Shown: positions 27,991-38,598, counted from the first letter of the stretch. The stretch is 64,000 nucleotides of DNA from Solirubrobacteraceae bacterium (GCA_035551855.1 DASZMK010000192.1:21-64020), one strand, 5' to 3'. A program made the numbers and translations. The notes: a model not told the origin generated them from the sequence alone.

Positions 27991-30009
27991 TCAGACGGGC
28001 TCGGGAAGGGCGACGGGCATGGGCACTCCCGCGGCGGCGTAGGCGTCGCCGCCGTCGAGGGTCTCGGTCTTGAGCAGGGCGTGCGCGAGCGAGTCGAGCT
28101 GGTGCCGGTGCTCGCCGAGCAGCTGGACGACCTCGGCGTGCGCCTCCTCGACCAGGCGCTGGACCTCTTGGTCGACGAGCCACTGGGTTTGCGGTGAGGT
28201 CTCGCTGGCGCCGGGCAGCAGCGGTCCCTGGCCGTCGGAGGGGAGCAGCGTGACCGGTCCGAGCTTCTCGCTCATTCCCCACCGGCCGACCATCTGGCGC
28301 GCGATCTGGGTCAGCTGCTGGATGTCGGACTCGGCGCCGGTGGTGATCTCGCCGTAGACGACCTCTTCGGCGGCTCGGCCGCCGAGCGCCACCTTGATCT
28401 TGGCGTCGAGATCCTCACGCGAGTACGAGACGCGGTCGGCATCAGGTGTGGAGAGCGTCACGCCGAGGGCCTGACCCCGCGGGATGATCGAGACCTTGCG
28501 GACGGGGTCGGCACCCGGGGTGAGCATCCCCACCATCGCATGCCCGGATTCGTGATACGCCGTCCGCTCCCGGTCCTTGGGCGACAGCAGGATCCCGCGG
28601 GGCGCGCCGAGCATGATCTTCTCCAGGGCGTCGGTGAAGTCGGCGCGCTGCACGCGGTCGTGCCCGCGCCGGGCGGCCAGCAGCGCCGCCTCGTTGGCCA
28701 GATTGGCCAGGTCGGCGCCCACCATCCCGGGCGTCGAGGCGGCGAGCGTCTCCAGATCGACATCGTCGGCCAGCGGCATTCCGCGCGTGTGCACCTCGAG
28801 GATCTTCCGCCGCCCGGCCCGGTCCGGTGGCTGCACGGCCACGCGCCGGTCGAATCTGCCCGGCCGGAGCAGCGCCGGGTCGAGGATCTCGGGACGGTTG
28901 GTCGCACCGAGCACCACCACGGCGTCGCTGCTTTCGAAGCCGTCCATCTCGGTGAGAATCTGGTCAAGCGTCTGCTCGCGCTCGTCGTTGGCGCCGGTGA
29001 TCGCGGCAGAACCCTGACGGGAGCGGCCGACAGCATCCAACTCGTCGATGAAGATGATCGCCGGTGCCGCCTCCTTGGCCTTGGCGAAGAGATCACGCAC
29101 CCGGGCCGCGCCGACGCCGACGATCGCCTCGATGAACTCCGATGCGGCGATCGAGAAGAATGCGGCATGGGCCTCGCCGGCCACCGCGCGGGCGAGGAGG
29201 GTCTTGCCGGTGCCCGGAGGGCCGAACAGGAGGACACCGTGCGGCATCCGGCCGCCCAGGCGCTGGTAGCGCTCCGGCGCGCGCAGGAAGTCGACGATCT
29301 CCGTCAGCTCGGCCTTGGCCTCGTCGATCCCGGCGACGTCGTCGAACGTGATCCGGACCTTCTCCGGGTCGACCCGCCGGGCCTGGGAGCGTCCGAAGCT
29401 GCCGAGGCCGCCGAGGCCGCCCGCGCCCGCCTGGGCGCGGCGGGCGAGCAGCACGAACAGTCCCACCAGGAGCAGCGTCGGCCCGAAGCCGAGCAGGATC
29501 TCCTCCCAGACCGGCGTGTTCTGAGTCGTCGACTGCGCGTTGACCTGGACCCCCTCGGAGCGCAACAGGTTGGCGAGCTGCGCGGTGGTCCAGAAGGACG
29601 GCACCTGGGTCGAGAACAGGGTCGTCGCAACGGCCCTGGTGTCGGTCGACGGGTAACGGACCTTGGTCTTGAACGTCCCCTGGATCGTGTCGCCCTTGGA
29701 GGTGATGGACTTGACCTGTCCGGCCTGGAGCTGATTGAGGAAGTACGGGCTGAACGGCACCTGCACCCGCGGTTGCGCCCCGGGCTGGGCTACGAGCACC
29801 GACAGCCAGTTGAGCGCCAGCAGGACCAGGACGAAGATCCAGAACATCCGCAACCGGTGCGGCGGGGTCGGCCGGTGCTCGTCGGGGGTGCCGCGGCCGT
29901 CGGGCGCCGGGGCCACGCGCCAGCCGCGCTTGTCGCGCGGCATCGCTGCCGGCGGTACCGGCTTGCGGGGATCAGACGACGGGTCGGTGGCAGGGCGGTC
30001 GTCGGCCAC
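27991..30009 (-). CDS. ftsH: ATP-dependent zinc metalloprotease FtsH
   Basis: Two TM segments, [30 protein letters not shown]. Confidence 0.96.
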   Translation of the reverse strand: MADDRPATDPSSDPRKPVPPAAMPRDKRGWRVAPAPDGRGTPDEHRPTPPHRLRMFWIFVLVLLALNWLSVLVAQPGAQPRVQVPFSPYFLNQLQAGQVKSITSKGDTIQGTFKTKVRYPSTDTRAVATTLFSTQVPSFWTTAQLANLLRSEGVQVNAQSTTQNTPVWEEILLGFGPTLLLVGLFVLLARRAQAGAGGLGGLGSFGRSQARRVDPEKVRITFDDVAGIDEAKAELTEIVDFLRAPERYQRLGGRMPHGVLLFGPPGTGKTLLARAVAGEAHAAFFSIAASEFIEAIVGVGAARVRDLFAKAKEAAPAIIFIDELDAVGRSRQGSAAITGANDEREQTLDQILTEMDGFESSDAVVVLGATNRPEILDPALLRPGRFDRRVAVQPPDRAGRRKILEVHTRGMPLADDVDLETLAASTPGMVGADLANLANEAALLAARRGHDRVQRADFTDALEKIMLGAPRGILLSPKDRERTAYHESGHAMVGMLTPGADPVRKVSIIPRGQALGVTLSTPDADRVSYSREDLDAKIKVALGGRAAEEVVYGEITTGAESDIQQLTQIARQMVGRWGMSEKLGPVTLLPSDGQGPLLPGASETSPQTQWLVDQEVQRLVEEAHAEVVQLLGEHRHQLDSLAHALLKTETLDGGDAYAAAGVPMPVALPEPV

Positions 30010-30110
30010 GGATACTCTCGTCGCTCATCTGCCCGATCGTACGCCGCCCAACCGCCGCGCGGTAGGCCCCGGGATGACGAGCACCCCGGCCCGCGCCGCT
30101 CGACCGGCGC

Positions 30111-30977
30111 TCACGTGAATCGGCGCACGAATGTCAGCGCCGTATCCGCGACCTCGCGCCAGCCGCTGTCGATGGTCAGCGCGTGGCCCCGGTTGGGGAT
30201 CTCGACGATCTCGGTCACGCCCTCGTTGTGCTGCTGGCGCTTGAACGACGCGTTGGCGATGCTCCACGGGACGGTGTGATCCTTCTCGCCGGAGATGATG
30301 AGCAGCGGGCCGCGGTCCGGGTTCCTGGTGTCGACCTTGGCCTCGGTCCACGGGTTCAGGTTGGCTGCCGCGGCCTGGAACAGCGGCGCGCCGGAGGCGG
30401 GAACCGCATACTGCGCGTAGAGCTCCTTCGCCTCCTCCTCGCCAACGGCGTTGGCGAAGCCGTAGCGAAACTGGTCGAAGGTCAGCGGCACCGCGCGGTG
30501 GCGATTGGCGGGGTTGCCGAGGACGGGCCGGGCCGACCGCAGCGAGGAGACGGGTAGCGGCAGGACGCCGCGGAATGGGGCGGGGTCGATCGCCACCGAC
30601 GCGGCCGCCAAGCCGCGTCCGGCGATGATCTGGGTCAGAAGGCCGCCAAAGGAATGACCGATGACCGCCGGCTTGCGGAGGAGCCGGCCGATGACCGTCG
30701 CGAAGTGATCGGCGACCTGGCCGACCGTCTTGTCGGCGAAGGTCTCCGGGGCGGCGTTCGCCTCCTCGACGGTCGGCGGGTCATCAGGCCATCCCGGGCT
30801 CAGCGGCGCGTACCCCGCCTGGTCGAACACCGCCGCCCATCGCTCCCAGCTGCTGGGCAACAGCCACAGGCCATGGATGAAGACGACCGGAACCTTCTCG
30901 GTCTCGTTCGCCTTCCGCACCTGCTCGGCCTCGTGATCGGTGATGGCCGTCGTCTGCTCGGACGCAGCTGTGCTCAT
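30111..30977 (-). CDS. Alpha/beta hydrolase (non-heme haloperoxidase-like)
   Basis: VFIHGLW, GHSFGG, GEKDH, RGH. Confidence 0.88.
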   Translation of the reverse strand: MSTAASEQTTAITDHEAEQVRKANETEKVPVVFIHGLWLLPSSWERWAAVFDQAGYAPLSPGWPDDPPTVEEANAAPETFADKTVGQVADHFATVIGRLLRKPAVIGHSFGGLLTQIIAGRGLAAASVAIDPAPFRGVLPLPVSSLRSARPVLGNPANRHRAVPLTFDQFRYGFANAVGEEEAKELYAQYAVPASGAPLFQAAAANLNPWTEAKVDTRNPDRGPLLIISGEKDHTVPWSIANASFKRQQHNEGVTEIVEIPNRGHALTIDSGWREVADTALTFVRRFT

Positions 30978-31184
30978 CTGGGGACCCTTTCCGGTGAGCG
31001 CCCGCGGGGCGCATCGTGGGGGCAACGATGGCAGCGTCATGGGGGGCATGCCAACAAACCGGATATGCGTGCACCGGGCGCCCGGGCGGTGGCCGACAAG
31101 ATGTGTCGGCATGCCCGCGGGGCGCAAGCGAGTCGCCCTTCTCGCGGCGATCATGGGGTCGCTCGTCGCGCGCCCGTCCCCCGG

Positions 31185-31538
31185 CTACGCGGCGGACAGC
31201 GGCGCGAGGTCGATGAAGATGCGGTAGTCGGCGATCGCGTCGCCGGCCTCGCGGTAGATGGTGACCACCGGCACCGTCACGGTGGTGCCGCCGTGGCGCG
31301 TGTAGGTGACGTTCGCCTCCACGATCGTGGCGTTGCCGACCGTCCACTGCTCGACGAGCTGGTGCCGGACGGCCTGTACGCCCGCGCAGAATTCGGCCCA
31401 CGCGTCGCGGACGGCGTCACGGCCGCGGATCGGCTCGGCGTTGCCGAAGCGCATCATCGCGTCCTCGGCGAGATGGGCGGCGAAGCGCTCAGGTTGCATC
31501 GAGTCGATGTCGGCGAATAGCTGTGCCCGGTCAGGCAT
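31185..31538 (-). CDS. SnoaL/NTF2-like protein
   Basis: FGNAEPIRGRDAVR, YRIFIDLAP; GGAGGA RBS. Confidence 0.82.
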   Translation of the reverse strand: MPDRAQLFADIDSMQPERFAAHLAEDAMMRFGNAEPIRGRDAVRDAWAEFCAGVQAVRHQLVEQWTVGNATIVEANVTYTRHGGTTVTVPVVTIYREAGDAIADYRIFIDLAPLSAA

Positions 31539-31645
31539 GTCTCCTCCATGGCGCGGTTGCCGGCCCGGCGGACAATAGTGTCCCGGCCGTTCGAGCAGGC
31601 CGTCGCAATACGATTTCGGCCTCCATCACCATCGCGGAGGAGAGC

Positions 31646-32794
31646 ATGACGCAGCGCATCCTGACGACGCACGTGGGCAGCCTGCCGCGCCCGCAGGGGG
31701 TGGTCGATGCCGTGTTCGCCGAGGACCGGGGCGAGCCGGTCGACCCCGACGAGTACGACCGTGTCATCGCCGCCGCCGTCCGGGACCGCGTCCGCCGGCA
31801 AATCGATGCCGGGATCGACCTGGTCTCCGACGGAGAGATGAGCAAGATCGGCTACGCCACGTACATCCGCCACCGTCTGTCCGGGTTCGAGGTCGGTGAC
31901 GTACCGCGGGCCACTCCCGCCGACCTCGACGCCTACCCGCGGTTCCGGGACCGCCTGGCCGCGGAGGGGGGAAGCGCGAAGTACCTGCGGCCGATCTGCC
32001 GCGGGCCGATCACCTACGCGCACCGCCAGCCGCTGGAGCACGACCTGCGCCGGCTGGGCGCGGCGCTCGACGACCAGCCGGTCACGGGCGCATTCATGAA
32101 CGCGCCGTCCCCCGGCATCATCGCCCTCTTTCAGCCCAACGAGTACTACCCCAGCCTGGAGGAGTACCTAACCGCGATCGCCGAGGCGATGCGCGTCGAG
32201 TACGAGGCGATCGTCGAGGCCGGGCTCACGCTGCAGATCGATGCGCCGGACCTCGCCATGGGACGCCACATCATGTACCGGGACCGGCCGGACGGGGAAT
32301 TCGTGGCCGGCGTCACGCGCCACATCGAGGCGATCAACATCGCGCTGCGCAACGTGCCCGCCGAGCACGTCCGTCTCCACGTGTGCTGGGGCAACTACGA
32401 AGGCCCCCACCATCTCGACATCCCGCTCGAGAAGATCGTCGACGTGATCCTCGCCGGCAAGCCGCAGACGATCCTGTTCGAGGCCGCCAACCCACGCCAC
32501 GAGCACGAGTGGGTGGTGTGGAAGGAGGCGACGGTCCCGGATGACAAGGTCCTGGCTCCCGGCGTCATCGACTCGACGAGCAACTACATCGAGCATCCCA
32601 TGCTCGTCGCCCAGCGGCTCCTGATGTACGCCGACATCGTGGGCCCCGAGCGCGTGGTGGCGGGCACCGACTGCGGCTTTGGCACCTGGGCAGGCTTTGG
32701 CGCGATCGATCCGGACATCTGCTGGGCCAAGTTCCGCTCGCTCGCCGAGGGGGCCGAGATGGCGTCGCGCGGCGCGGGCCGGGCGCGTCTCTGA
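31646..32794 (+). CDS. Cobalamin-independent methionine synthase II family (MetE catalytic domain only)
   Basis: TTHVGSLPRP, SDGE, LQIDAP, Zn ligands HVCWGN and DCGFG. Confidence 0.88.
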   Translation: MTQRILTTHVGSLPRPQGVVDAVFAEDRGEPVDPDEYDRVIAAAVRDRVRRQIDAGIDLVSDGEMSKIGYATYIRHRLSGFEVGDVPRATPADLDAYPRFRDRLAAEGGSAKYLRPICRGPITYAHRQPLEHDLRRLGAALDDQPVTGAFMNAPSPGIIALFQPNEYYPSLEEYLTAIAEAMRVEYEAIVEAGLTLQIDAPDLAMGRHIMYRDRPDGEFVAGVTRHIEAINIALRNVPAEHVRLHVCWGNYEGPHHLDIPLEKIVDVILAGKPQTILFEAANPRHEHEWVVWKEATVPDDKVLAPGVIDSTSNYIEHPMLVAQRLLMYADIVGPERVVAGTDCGFGTWAGFGAIDPDICWAKFRSLAEGAEMASRGAGRARL

Positions 32795-32857
32795 GTGCAG
32801 ACCATATGATGCCGACGGCACCTCGCTCGTCTCTCACCGCGACCTCCCGAGGATCCG

Positions 32858-33277
32858 ATGCCACACATCAGCTATGTCGACCCGGCCACCGTTGCGGATC
32901 AGGTCGTTGCCGCGGTGCTCGTCCGCGACAGGCGGGTGCTCCTCTGCCATCGCTCCGCTCACCGCGACTGGCGCCCGGGCACCTGGGACCTGCCCGGCGG
33001 CCACGTGGAGCCCGGGGAGGAGGCGACCGCCGCGCTCGTTCGCGAGCTGCGAGAAGAGCTGGCGATCGTGAGCGAGCCGCCGTCGGCCGCGCCGGTCAGA
33101 TTCGCCGCCGGTGAGCTCGACATGCACGTCTGGATCCTGCACGACTGGAGGGGCAAGACGGTCAACGCCGCCCCGGACGAGCATGACGAGCTCGGCTGGT
33201 TTGGGCCCGGCCAGGTGGAGACGCTGGACCTGGCGCTGGCCGCGTACCGCGATCTGATCGCCCGCGCCGTCTGCTAA
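32858..33277 (+). CDS. NUDIX hydrolase
   Basis: Nudix box GGHVEPGEEATAALVRELREEL. Confidence 0.85.
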   Translation: MPHISYVDPATVADQVVAAVLVRDRRVLLCHRSAHRDWRPGTWDLPGGHVEPGEEATAALVRELREELAIVSEPPSAAPVRFAAGELDMHVWILHDWRGKTVNAAPDEHDELGWFGPGQVETLDLALAAYRDLIARAVC

Positions 33278-33376
33278 CTCCTCCGGACGCCGGAGGGCGC
33301 ACCGGGCCCCGTTGCACCGGATTTGGCACGTTCGGCACGGCCGAGGGGCCACCCCCAGCGGTGGCAAGCCGAGCGA

Positions 33377-34081
33377 TCACGCGTCCTGCGCTGTCGCCAG
33401 AAACCGCGCGCACAGGGCCCGGCCGTCCGCGTTGGTCGCGTCCATCCGCTCGGAGATGGTCATGTCCAGCCTGGCCAGATCGATCGGCACCGGAACCCCG
33501 CCGGGCGCCGGACGATGCCGCCGGGCCCACACGGCCACCGACCCGCCGGTCACCTCGGGATGCCACTGCACACCCCACGCGCACGGGCCGACGCGGAAGC
33601 TCTGGAGGCACACGTCGTTGCGGGCGAGCGCGACCGCGCCCGGCGGAAGCTCGCACGCGTACGAGTGCCACTGGAAGACCTCGAACACGCGGGGCTGGCC
33701 GGCGAACAGCGGATCGTCGTCGGCCGCCTCGGTGAGCTGGATCGGACGCCAGCCGCATTCCGCCTCGGCCGCCGGACCGACCGCGCCGCCCGTCGCCCGC
33801 GCCAGCATCTGAGCGCCCAGGCACACGCCGAGGGTGGGGACGGCATGCTCGACCGCTGCCTGGAGGACGCCGAATGCCTCCCGTAACCACGGGTGGCGGT
33901 CCTCCTGGTCGACCTGCATCCCGCCGCCGAAGGCGATCACGGCGCCGTAGTCGGCCGGCGGTCGCGGCAGCGGCTCGCTGGCCGGCGCCCACGTTTCCAG
34001 GTCGTGCCCCTGCCGGCGGACCTCGTCGGCGAACACCCCTGGGCCGGCGACCTCGTGATTGACCAGGGCCAGGACTCTCAC
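33377..34081 (-). CDS. Type 1 glutamine amidotransferase-like protein
   Basis: LGVCLGAQ, QWH, VQWHPE (Cys-His-Glu triad). Confidence 0.9.
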   Translation of the reverse strand: MRVLALVNHEVAGPGVFADEVRRQGHDLETWAPASEPLPRPPADYGAVIAFGGGMQVDQEDRHPWLREAFGVLQAAVEHAVPTLGVCLGAQMLARATGGAVGPAAEAECGWRPIQLTEAADDDPLFAGQPRVFEVFQWHSYACELPPGAVALARNDVCLQSFRVGPCAWGVQWHPEVTGGSVAVWARRHRPAPGGVPVPIDLARLDMTISERMDATNADGRALCARFLATAQDA

Positions 34082-34161
34082 CGCTCACGCAGACCTTTTA
34101 TGCAAAAGATTCACAACCTTCAGGCCGAAATGGTACGGTACTGCCTGACTGAAGGCAAGCC

Positions 34162-35460
34162 ATGTACGACTACGGCTTCTTTTCCTATGACTCCAAAGCG
34201 GACTTCCTCCGTCGCTCCGAGGAGTACTGGAACCCGGACAAGACCCGGTTCTGGCAGGAGGCCGGCGTCGATCTCGTCATCGATCGCCGGGAGGGCTACT
34301 TCTTCTGGGACATGGCCGGCCGGCGCCTCATCGACCTGCACCTCAACGGCGGCACCTACAACCTGGGGCATCGCAACCCGGAGCTGATCGCCACGCTCGA
34401 GCAGGCGATGGGCCGCTTCGACATCGGCAACCACCATTTCCCGGCGCTGGCCCGCACCGCGCTGGCCGAGGCGCTGGTGGCCACGTCGCCGCCCAATCTC
34501 CGCCGCGTCATCTACGGCTCCGGTGGAGGGGAGGCCGTGGACATCGCGATCAAGACCGCCCGGCACACGCGCCAGCGGCGCAAGATCGTCTCCATCCGCA
34601 AGGGGTATCACGGCCACACCGGGCTCGCCGTCGCCACCGGCGACGACCGCTTCTCCGAGTTGTTCCTCTCCGACCGGCCTGATGAGTTCGTGCAGGTGCA
34701 GTTCAACGATCTCGACGCCATGGAGACCGCGCTGCGGGGCAACGACGTCGCGGCGGTGATCATCGAGACGATCCCCGCCACCTACGGGTTCCCCCTCCCG
34801 GAGCCCGGCTATCTGCAGGCCGTCAAGCGCCTGTGCGAACGTCACGATGCCCTGTACATCGCGGACGAGGTGCAGACCGGGCTCATGCGCACGGGGGAGA
34901 TGTGGGGCATCACCAAGGCGGGCATCGAGCCGGACATCATGGTCGTCGGCAAGGGCATCACCGGCGGGATGTATCCGATCGCCTGCACGGTGGTGTCAGA
35001 GGAGTGCTCGCGGTGGCTCAAGGAGGATGGCTTCGGCCACATTTCGACGGGGGGCGGAGCCGAGCTCGGCTGCATCGTCGGCCTCAAGGTGCTCGAGATC
35101 TGCGGGCGCCCGGAGGTCCGCTCCACGGTCCACTACATCGCTGAGCGCTTCCGCCACGGGCTGCGGGCCATCCAGGAGCTGTATCCCGACTGGTTTGTCG
35201 GTATCCGCCAGGACGGTGTCGTCATGGGCCTGGAGTTCAATCATCCCCAGGGCGCCAAGCTGGTGATGCGCCATCTGTACGAGCACGGGATCTGGGCGAT
35301 CTTCTCAACGCTGGACCCGCGCGTTCTGCAGTTCAAGCCGGGCATCCTGCTGGGGCCGGACCTGGTCGACGAGATCCTCGACCGCACCGCGGTCGCGGTC
35401 GAGCTCGCCCGCAGCGAGGCGCGGGCGCCGGCGGCCGGCGGCATGGCGGTGGGAGCGTGA
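34162..35460 (+). CDS. Class III aminotransferase-fold PLP enzyme (putative aminoalcohol-phosphate phospholyase of an RMM/AAU BMC)
   Basis: GYHG, ADEVQTG, GKGITGG; first gene of the BMC operon. Confidence 0.88.
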   Translation: MYDYGFFSYDSKADFLRRSEEYWNPDKTRFWQEAGVDLVIDRREGYFFWDMAGRRLIDLHLNGGTYNLGHRNPELIATLEQAMGRFDIGNHHFPALARTALAEALVATSPPNLRRVIYGSGGGEAVDIAIKTARHTRQRRKIVSIRKGYHGHTGLAVATGDDRFSELFLSDRPDEFVQVQFNDLDAMETALRGNDVAAVIIETIPATYGFPLPEPGYLQAVKRLCERHDALYIADEVQTGLMRTGEMWGITKAGIEPDIMVVGKGITGGMYPIACTVVSEECSRWLKEDGFGHISTGGGAELGCIVGLKVLEICGRPEVRSTVHYIAERFRHGLRAIQELYPDWFVGIRQDGVVMGLEFNHPQGAKLVMRHLYEHGIWAIFSTLDPRVLQFKPGILLGPDLVDEILDRTAVAVELARSEARAPAAGGMAVGA

Positions 35461-37010
35461 GCGCGCGGGAGGCGGCGATCCGGGAGGCGGTCCCGGCCGA
35501 GGTGCCGGGAGCTCCGCGCGCGCGCATGATGCTCCAACGGGCGCGGTGGGCGGCGACCGCGTTTGCCGTGTATGACCCGGGCCGGACGAAGACGATCGTC
35601 CGCGCAGTCGCCGATGCCGCATACCAAAACGCGGAACGGTTCGCCAAGGACGCCGTCGAGGAGACGGGCATGGGCGTCGTCGAGCACAAGCGGCGCAAGA
35701 ACGAGGCGTGCTCGCGCGGGATTCTCGAGCGCTACGAACAGCACGATTACGTCGGCGTCCGCGTCGACGCCGAGCGCAAGCTGCTCGAGGTGCCCAAGCC
35801 GGCCGGGGTGATCCTCGCTCTGACCCCGTCGACGAATCCGATCGCCACCGTGTATTTCAACGTGCTGCTCGCATTGCTGACGCGCAACGTCGTCGTCGTC
35901 TCACCTCATCCGCTGGCGCGCCGGACCTCGGCAAAGGCGGTGCGGCTGATGGCGCGGGCGGCCGTGGTGGCCGGGGCGCCGGACGGTTGCCTGCAGGTCG
36001 TCGAGGAGCCGACGATCCCGCTGATCGAGAGCCTGATGGCCGATTCCGGAACCGACCTGATCCTCGCCACCGGCGGAACCGCGGTCGTCCGGGCGGCGTA
36101 CCGGTCCGGCACCCCGGCGCTCGGCGTGGGCCCGGGCAACGTCCCGGCGTTCGTCGACGCCAGCGCGGACCTCACGCGGGCGGCGGCCTGCCTGGCCGAC
36201 TCAAAGTCGTTTGACAACTCCATCCTCTGCACCAACGAATCGACGCTGATCACGGAGGAGCAGATCGCCCCGCGCCTGGTCGACGAGCTCGGCCGCCAGG
36301 GCGCGTGCGTTCTCGACCAGGAGGGGTCAGACCGCGTACGGGCCGCCTGCTATCCGGACGGACGGATCGACACCGGGCTGGCAGGCAAGGATGCGGCCGC
36401 CCTGGCTCAGGCTGCCGGCATCCGGGTGCCCCCGCGGACCCGGGTGCTCGTGGCGCCGTTCGCGATGATCGTGCCGGAGGAGCCGCTGGCCCACGAGAAG
36501 CTGTTCCCGCTCCTGGGCATGGTCCGGGTCCCGGACGCCTCCCGCGGCATCGAGGCCGCACGGGCGCTCCTGCGCATCAGCGGCGCCGGCCACTCCGCGG
36601 TCATCCATTCGCGCTCTCCGCACACGATCATGGCCTATGGAGCGGCGCTCCGGGTGCTGCGGGTCAGCGTGAACGCCCCCGGCAGCACCGGCTCGGCGGG
36701 CATGGACACCTACCTGGCGCCGACGATGACGATCGGCACCGGCTTCTTTGGCCGCTCGTCACTGACCGAGAACCTCCATCCCCGGGACCTCGTCCAGTGG
36801 ACGCAGGTCGCCTACGCCTCTGATCCCGCCGAGCCGTTCGGAGACTTCACCGGTGTCGAGCCGTGGTCGTCTCTGCCCGCGTCCGCACCGCCGGGCGCAA
36901 CCGCGCCGGCGGCGACCCCCGCCGGGGGTCAACCGGACGAGGCCGGGTTGTCCCGCGAGGATCTGCGCCGCCTGATCCTCGAGGAGCTGCGCGACGTGGT
37001 CCGGCGGTAA
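35457..37010 (+). CDS. CoA-acylating aldehyde dehydrogenase (EutE/PduP-like) with C-terminal encapsulation peptide
   Basis: PSTNP, ATGG, GVGPGN, KSFDNSILC, HEKLFP; tail LSREDLRRLILEELRDVVRR. Confidence 0.92.
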   Translation: MSAREAAIREAVPAEVPGAPRARMMLQRARWAATAFAVYDPGRTKTIVRAVADAAYQNAERFAKDAVEETGMGVVEHKRRKNEACSRGILERYEQHDYVGVRVDAERKLLEVPKPAGVILALTPSTNPIATVYFNVLLALLTRNVVVVSPHPLARRTSAKAVRLMARAAVVAGAPDGCLQVVEEPTIPLIESLMADSGTDLILATGGTAVVRAAYRSGTPALGVGPGNVPAFVDASADLTRAAACLADSKSFDNSILCTNESTLITEEQIAPRLVDELGRQGACVLDQEGSDRVRAACYPDGRIDTGLAGKDAAALAQAAGIRVPPRTRVLVAPFAMIVPEEPLAHEKLFPLLGMVRVPDASRGIEAARALLRISGAGHSAVIHSRSPHTIMAYGAALRVLRVSVNAPGSTGSAGMDTYLAPTMTIGTGFFGRSSLTENLHPRDLVQWTQVAYASDPAEPFGDFTGVEPWSSLPASAPPGATAPAATPAGGQPDEAGLSREDLRRLILEELRDVVRR

Positions 37011-37012
37011 CG

Positions 37013-37618
37013 ATGGCCGAGTTACGATCGTCGATCTTCATCGACCAGCTCCAGCCGCAGACGATGTGCTACCTCGGCACATGGGTGCGCGGGCGGCTGC
37101 CGCGCACGCGCATGGCGGCCGGGGTCATCGAGGTCGCTCCCGGGCTCGACATCGAGCCGCTCACCGATGTCGTGCTCAAGCACACCGAGGCCCAGGCGGG
37201 GATCCTGGTGGTGGAGCGCCAGTTCGGCTACCTGGAGTTCCACTCCCGTTCCACGTCGGCGGTCGAGTCGGCGAGCGACGCGGTGCTCGACGCGCTCGGC
37301 GCGGCGCCCGGCGACGCCACCGCGCCGACCATTCTGGCGGCCAAGCTCATCTCGCGGCTCGACCACCAGCACGCCTTCCTGATCAACCGCAACAAGCTGG
37401 GGTCGATGGCACTGCCCGGCGAGTCTCTGTTCGTGCTCGAGATGCAGCCGGCTTCGTACGCGATCCTCGCCGTCAACGAAGCCGAGAAGGCCGCCCAGAT
37501 CAAGGTCGTCGACTACCGGATGATCGGCGCCACCGGACGGGTGTACCTGACGGGTCCAGAGAGCGATGTCCGCACCGCCGCCGACGCGGCGACGGCCGTC
37601 CTGGGAGGCTCCATATGA
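37013..37618 (+). CDS. BMC-T tandem-domain shell protein
   Basis: ELRSSIFIDQLQPQ, IEVAPG, VVERQFGYLEFH, NEAEKAA, GATGRVYL. Confidence 0.9.
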   Translation: MAELRSSIFIDQLQPQTMCYLGTWVRGRLPRTRMAAGVIEVAPGLDIEPLTDVVLKHTEAQAGILVVERQFGYLEFHSRSTSAVESASDAVLDALGAAPGDATAPTILAAKLISRLDHQHAFLINRNKLGSMALPGESLFVLEMQPASYAILAVNEAEKAAQIKVVDYRMIGATGRVYLTGPESDVRTAADAATAVLGGSI

Positions 37619-38298
37619 GCGAGCTCGATTCCGGCGAGGCCATGCGCCAGACGGCCCGGGAGGTCCTGCGCGAGCTGCTGCCCGGGATGCTCGACGAGGT
37701 GCTCGGTCGCTCGCCGGACCGGTCGCGCGCGGGCACGAACGGCAGCGGCAGCGGTAGCGGCAGGGGTAGCGGCAGCGAGCATGCGAGCGAGGTCGTTCCG
37801 CTCGTGCCGGCACCGCCGGTGGCCGCCGTCCTGCGTCCCTCCACCTGGGCGGGGCCGCCGGTGCCGGGTGAGCGCATCGGCGGTGGCGAGCCGGCAGACG
37901 ACTCCGGCGTCGCGGCGGCGCCGCCGGCCGCAGCCGAGCGCCGGGACGGAGCATCCGGCGTGCACGTGGAACGGGTGACGATCGACAGCGACGAGGACCT
38001 CGAGCGCTTCGTGCGTGCACTCGTCACCCGCCTGGAGAACCCGCGCGACCGGCGCGCCGTCCGCACCGGCCGGTTGCGCTTCGCCCTGCACCGGCCGCCA
38101 ACCTTTCGGCCGGGCGGACCGCCGGGGGAGTCCCCCGGGCCGATGATGCGCGTGGGCAAGGGCGCGGTGACCGAACGGCTCGTCCGCGAGGCGGCCGCGG
38201 CGGGGGCGGGCATCATGCTCACCCGGGGGGCAGTCCTCACGCCGCTGGCCCGTGACCTGTCACGCAAGCTGCGCGTCCGGATCGAAAGGGAAGGCTGA
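37615..38298 (+). CDS. BMC-associated hypothetical protein with N-terminal encapsulation-peptide-like helix
   Basis: MRQTAREVLRELLPGML, G/S linker, C-terminal VTERLV...LTPLARD; lies between shell genes. Confidence 0.78.
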   Translation: MSELDSGEAMRQTAREVLRELLPGMLDEVLGRSPDRSRAGTNGSGSGSGRGSGSEHASEVVPLVPAPPVAAVLRPSTWAGPPVPGERIGGGEPADDSGVAAAPPAAAERRDGASGVHVERVTIDSDEDLERFVRALVTRLENPRDRRAVRTGRLRFALHRPPTFRPGGPPGESPGPMMRVGKGAVTERLVREAAAAGAGIMLTRGAVLTPLARDLSRKLRVRIEREG

Positions 38299-38598
38299 AT
38301 GCTGAAGGCGACGGTGGTCGGTTCGGTCTGGGCGACGCGGCGCCTCGAGGAGCTGCCGCACGGCGCCTTTCTCGAGGTCGAAGGCGACGACGGTGCTCGG
38401 CTCGTCGCCTTTGACGTGCTCGGCAGCGGGGTGGGCGAGCGCGTCCTCGTCGCCACCGGCTCGGTCGCCTCCGGGTGGTTCGGGCCTGAGCATCCTCCCC
38501 TGGACGCGCTGATCATCGGCTCGCTCGACGAGGTGCCGGGCGACCGGCCGCAGCCGGCGGGCAAGACAACCACAGCAAGGAGACGAAAACGTGAATGA
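38299..38598 (+). CDS. BMC-P vertex protein (EutN/CcmL family)
   Basis: [40 protein letters not shown]. Confidence 0.93.
   Translation: MLKATVVGSVWATRRLEELPHGAFLEVEGDDGARLVAFDVLGSGVGERVLVATGSVASGWFGPEHPPLDALIIGSLDEVPGDRPQPAGKTTTARRRKRE

Noticed and set aside
27545-28282. N-terminal extension making DyP 584 aa
   Set aside because: Overlaps ftsH and a plus-strand gene; DyP similarity begins at ATG 27544
27991-30009. ftsH outside the usual hpt-ftsH-folE context as a novelty
   Set aside because: Extra FtsH paralogues are common and all motifs are canonical
31604-31618. Seventh LacI-type operator upstream of the MetE-II gene (CGCAATACGATTTCG)
   Set aside because: Extra base and poor right half-site; needs a PWM score to be credible
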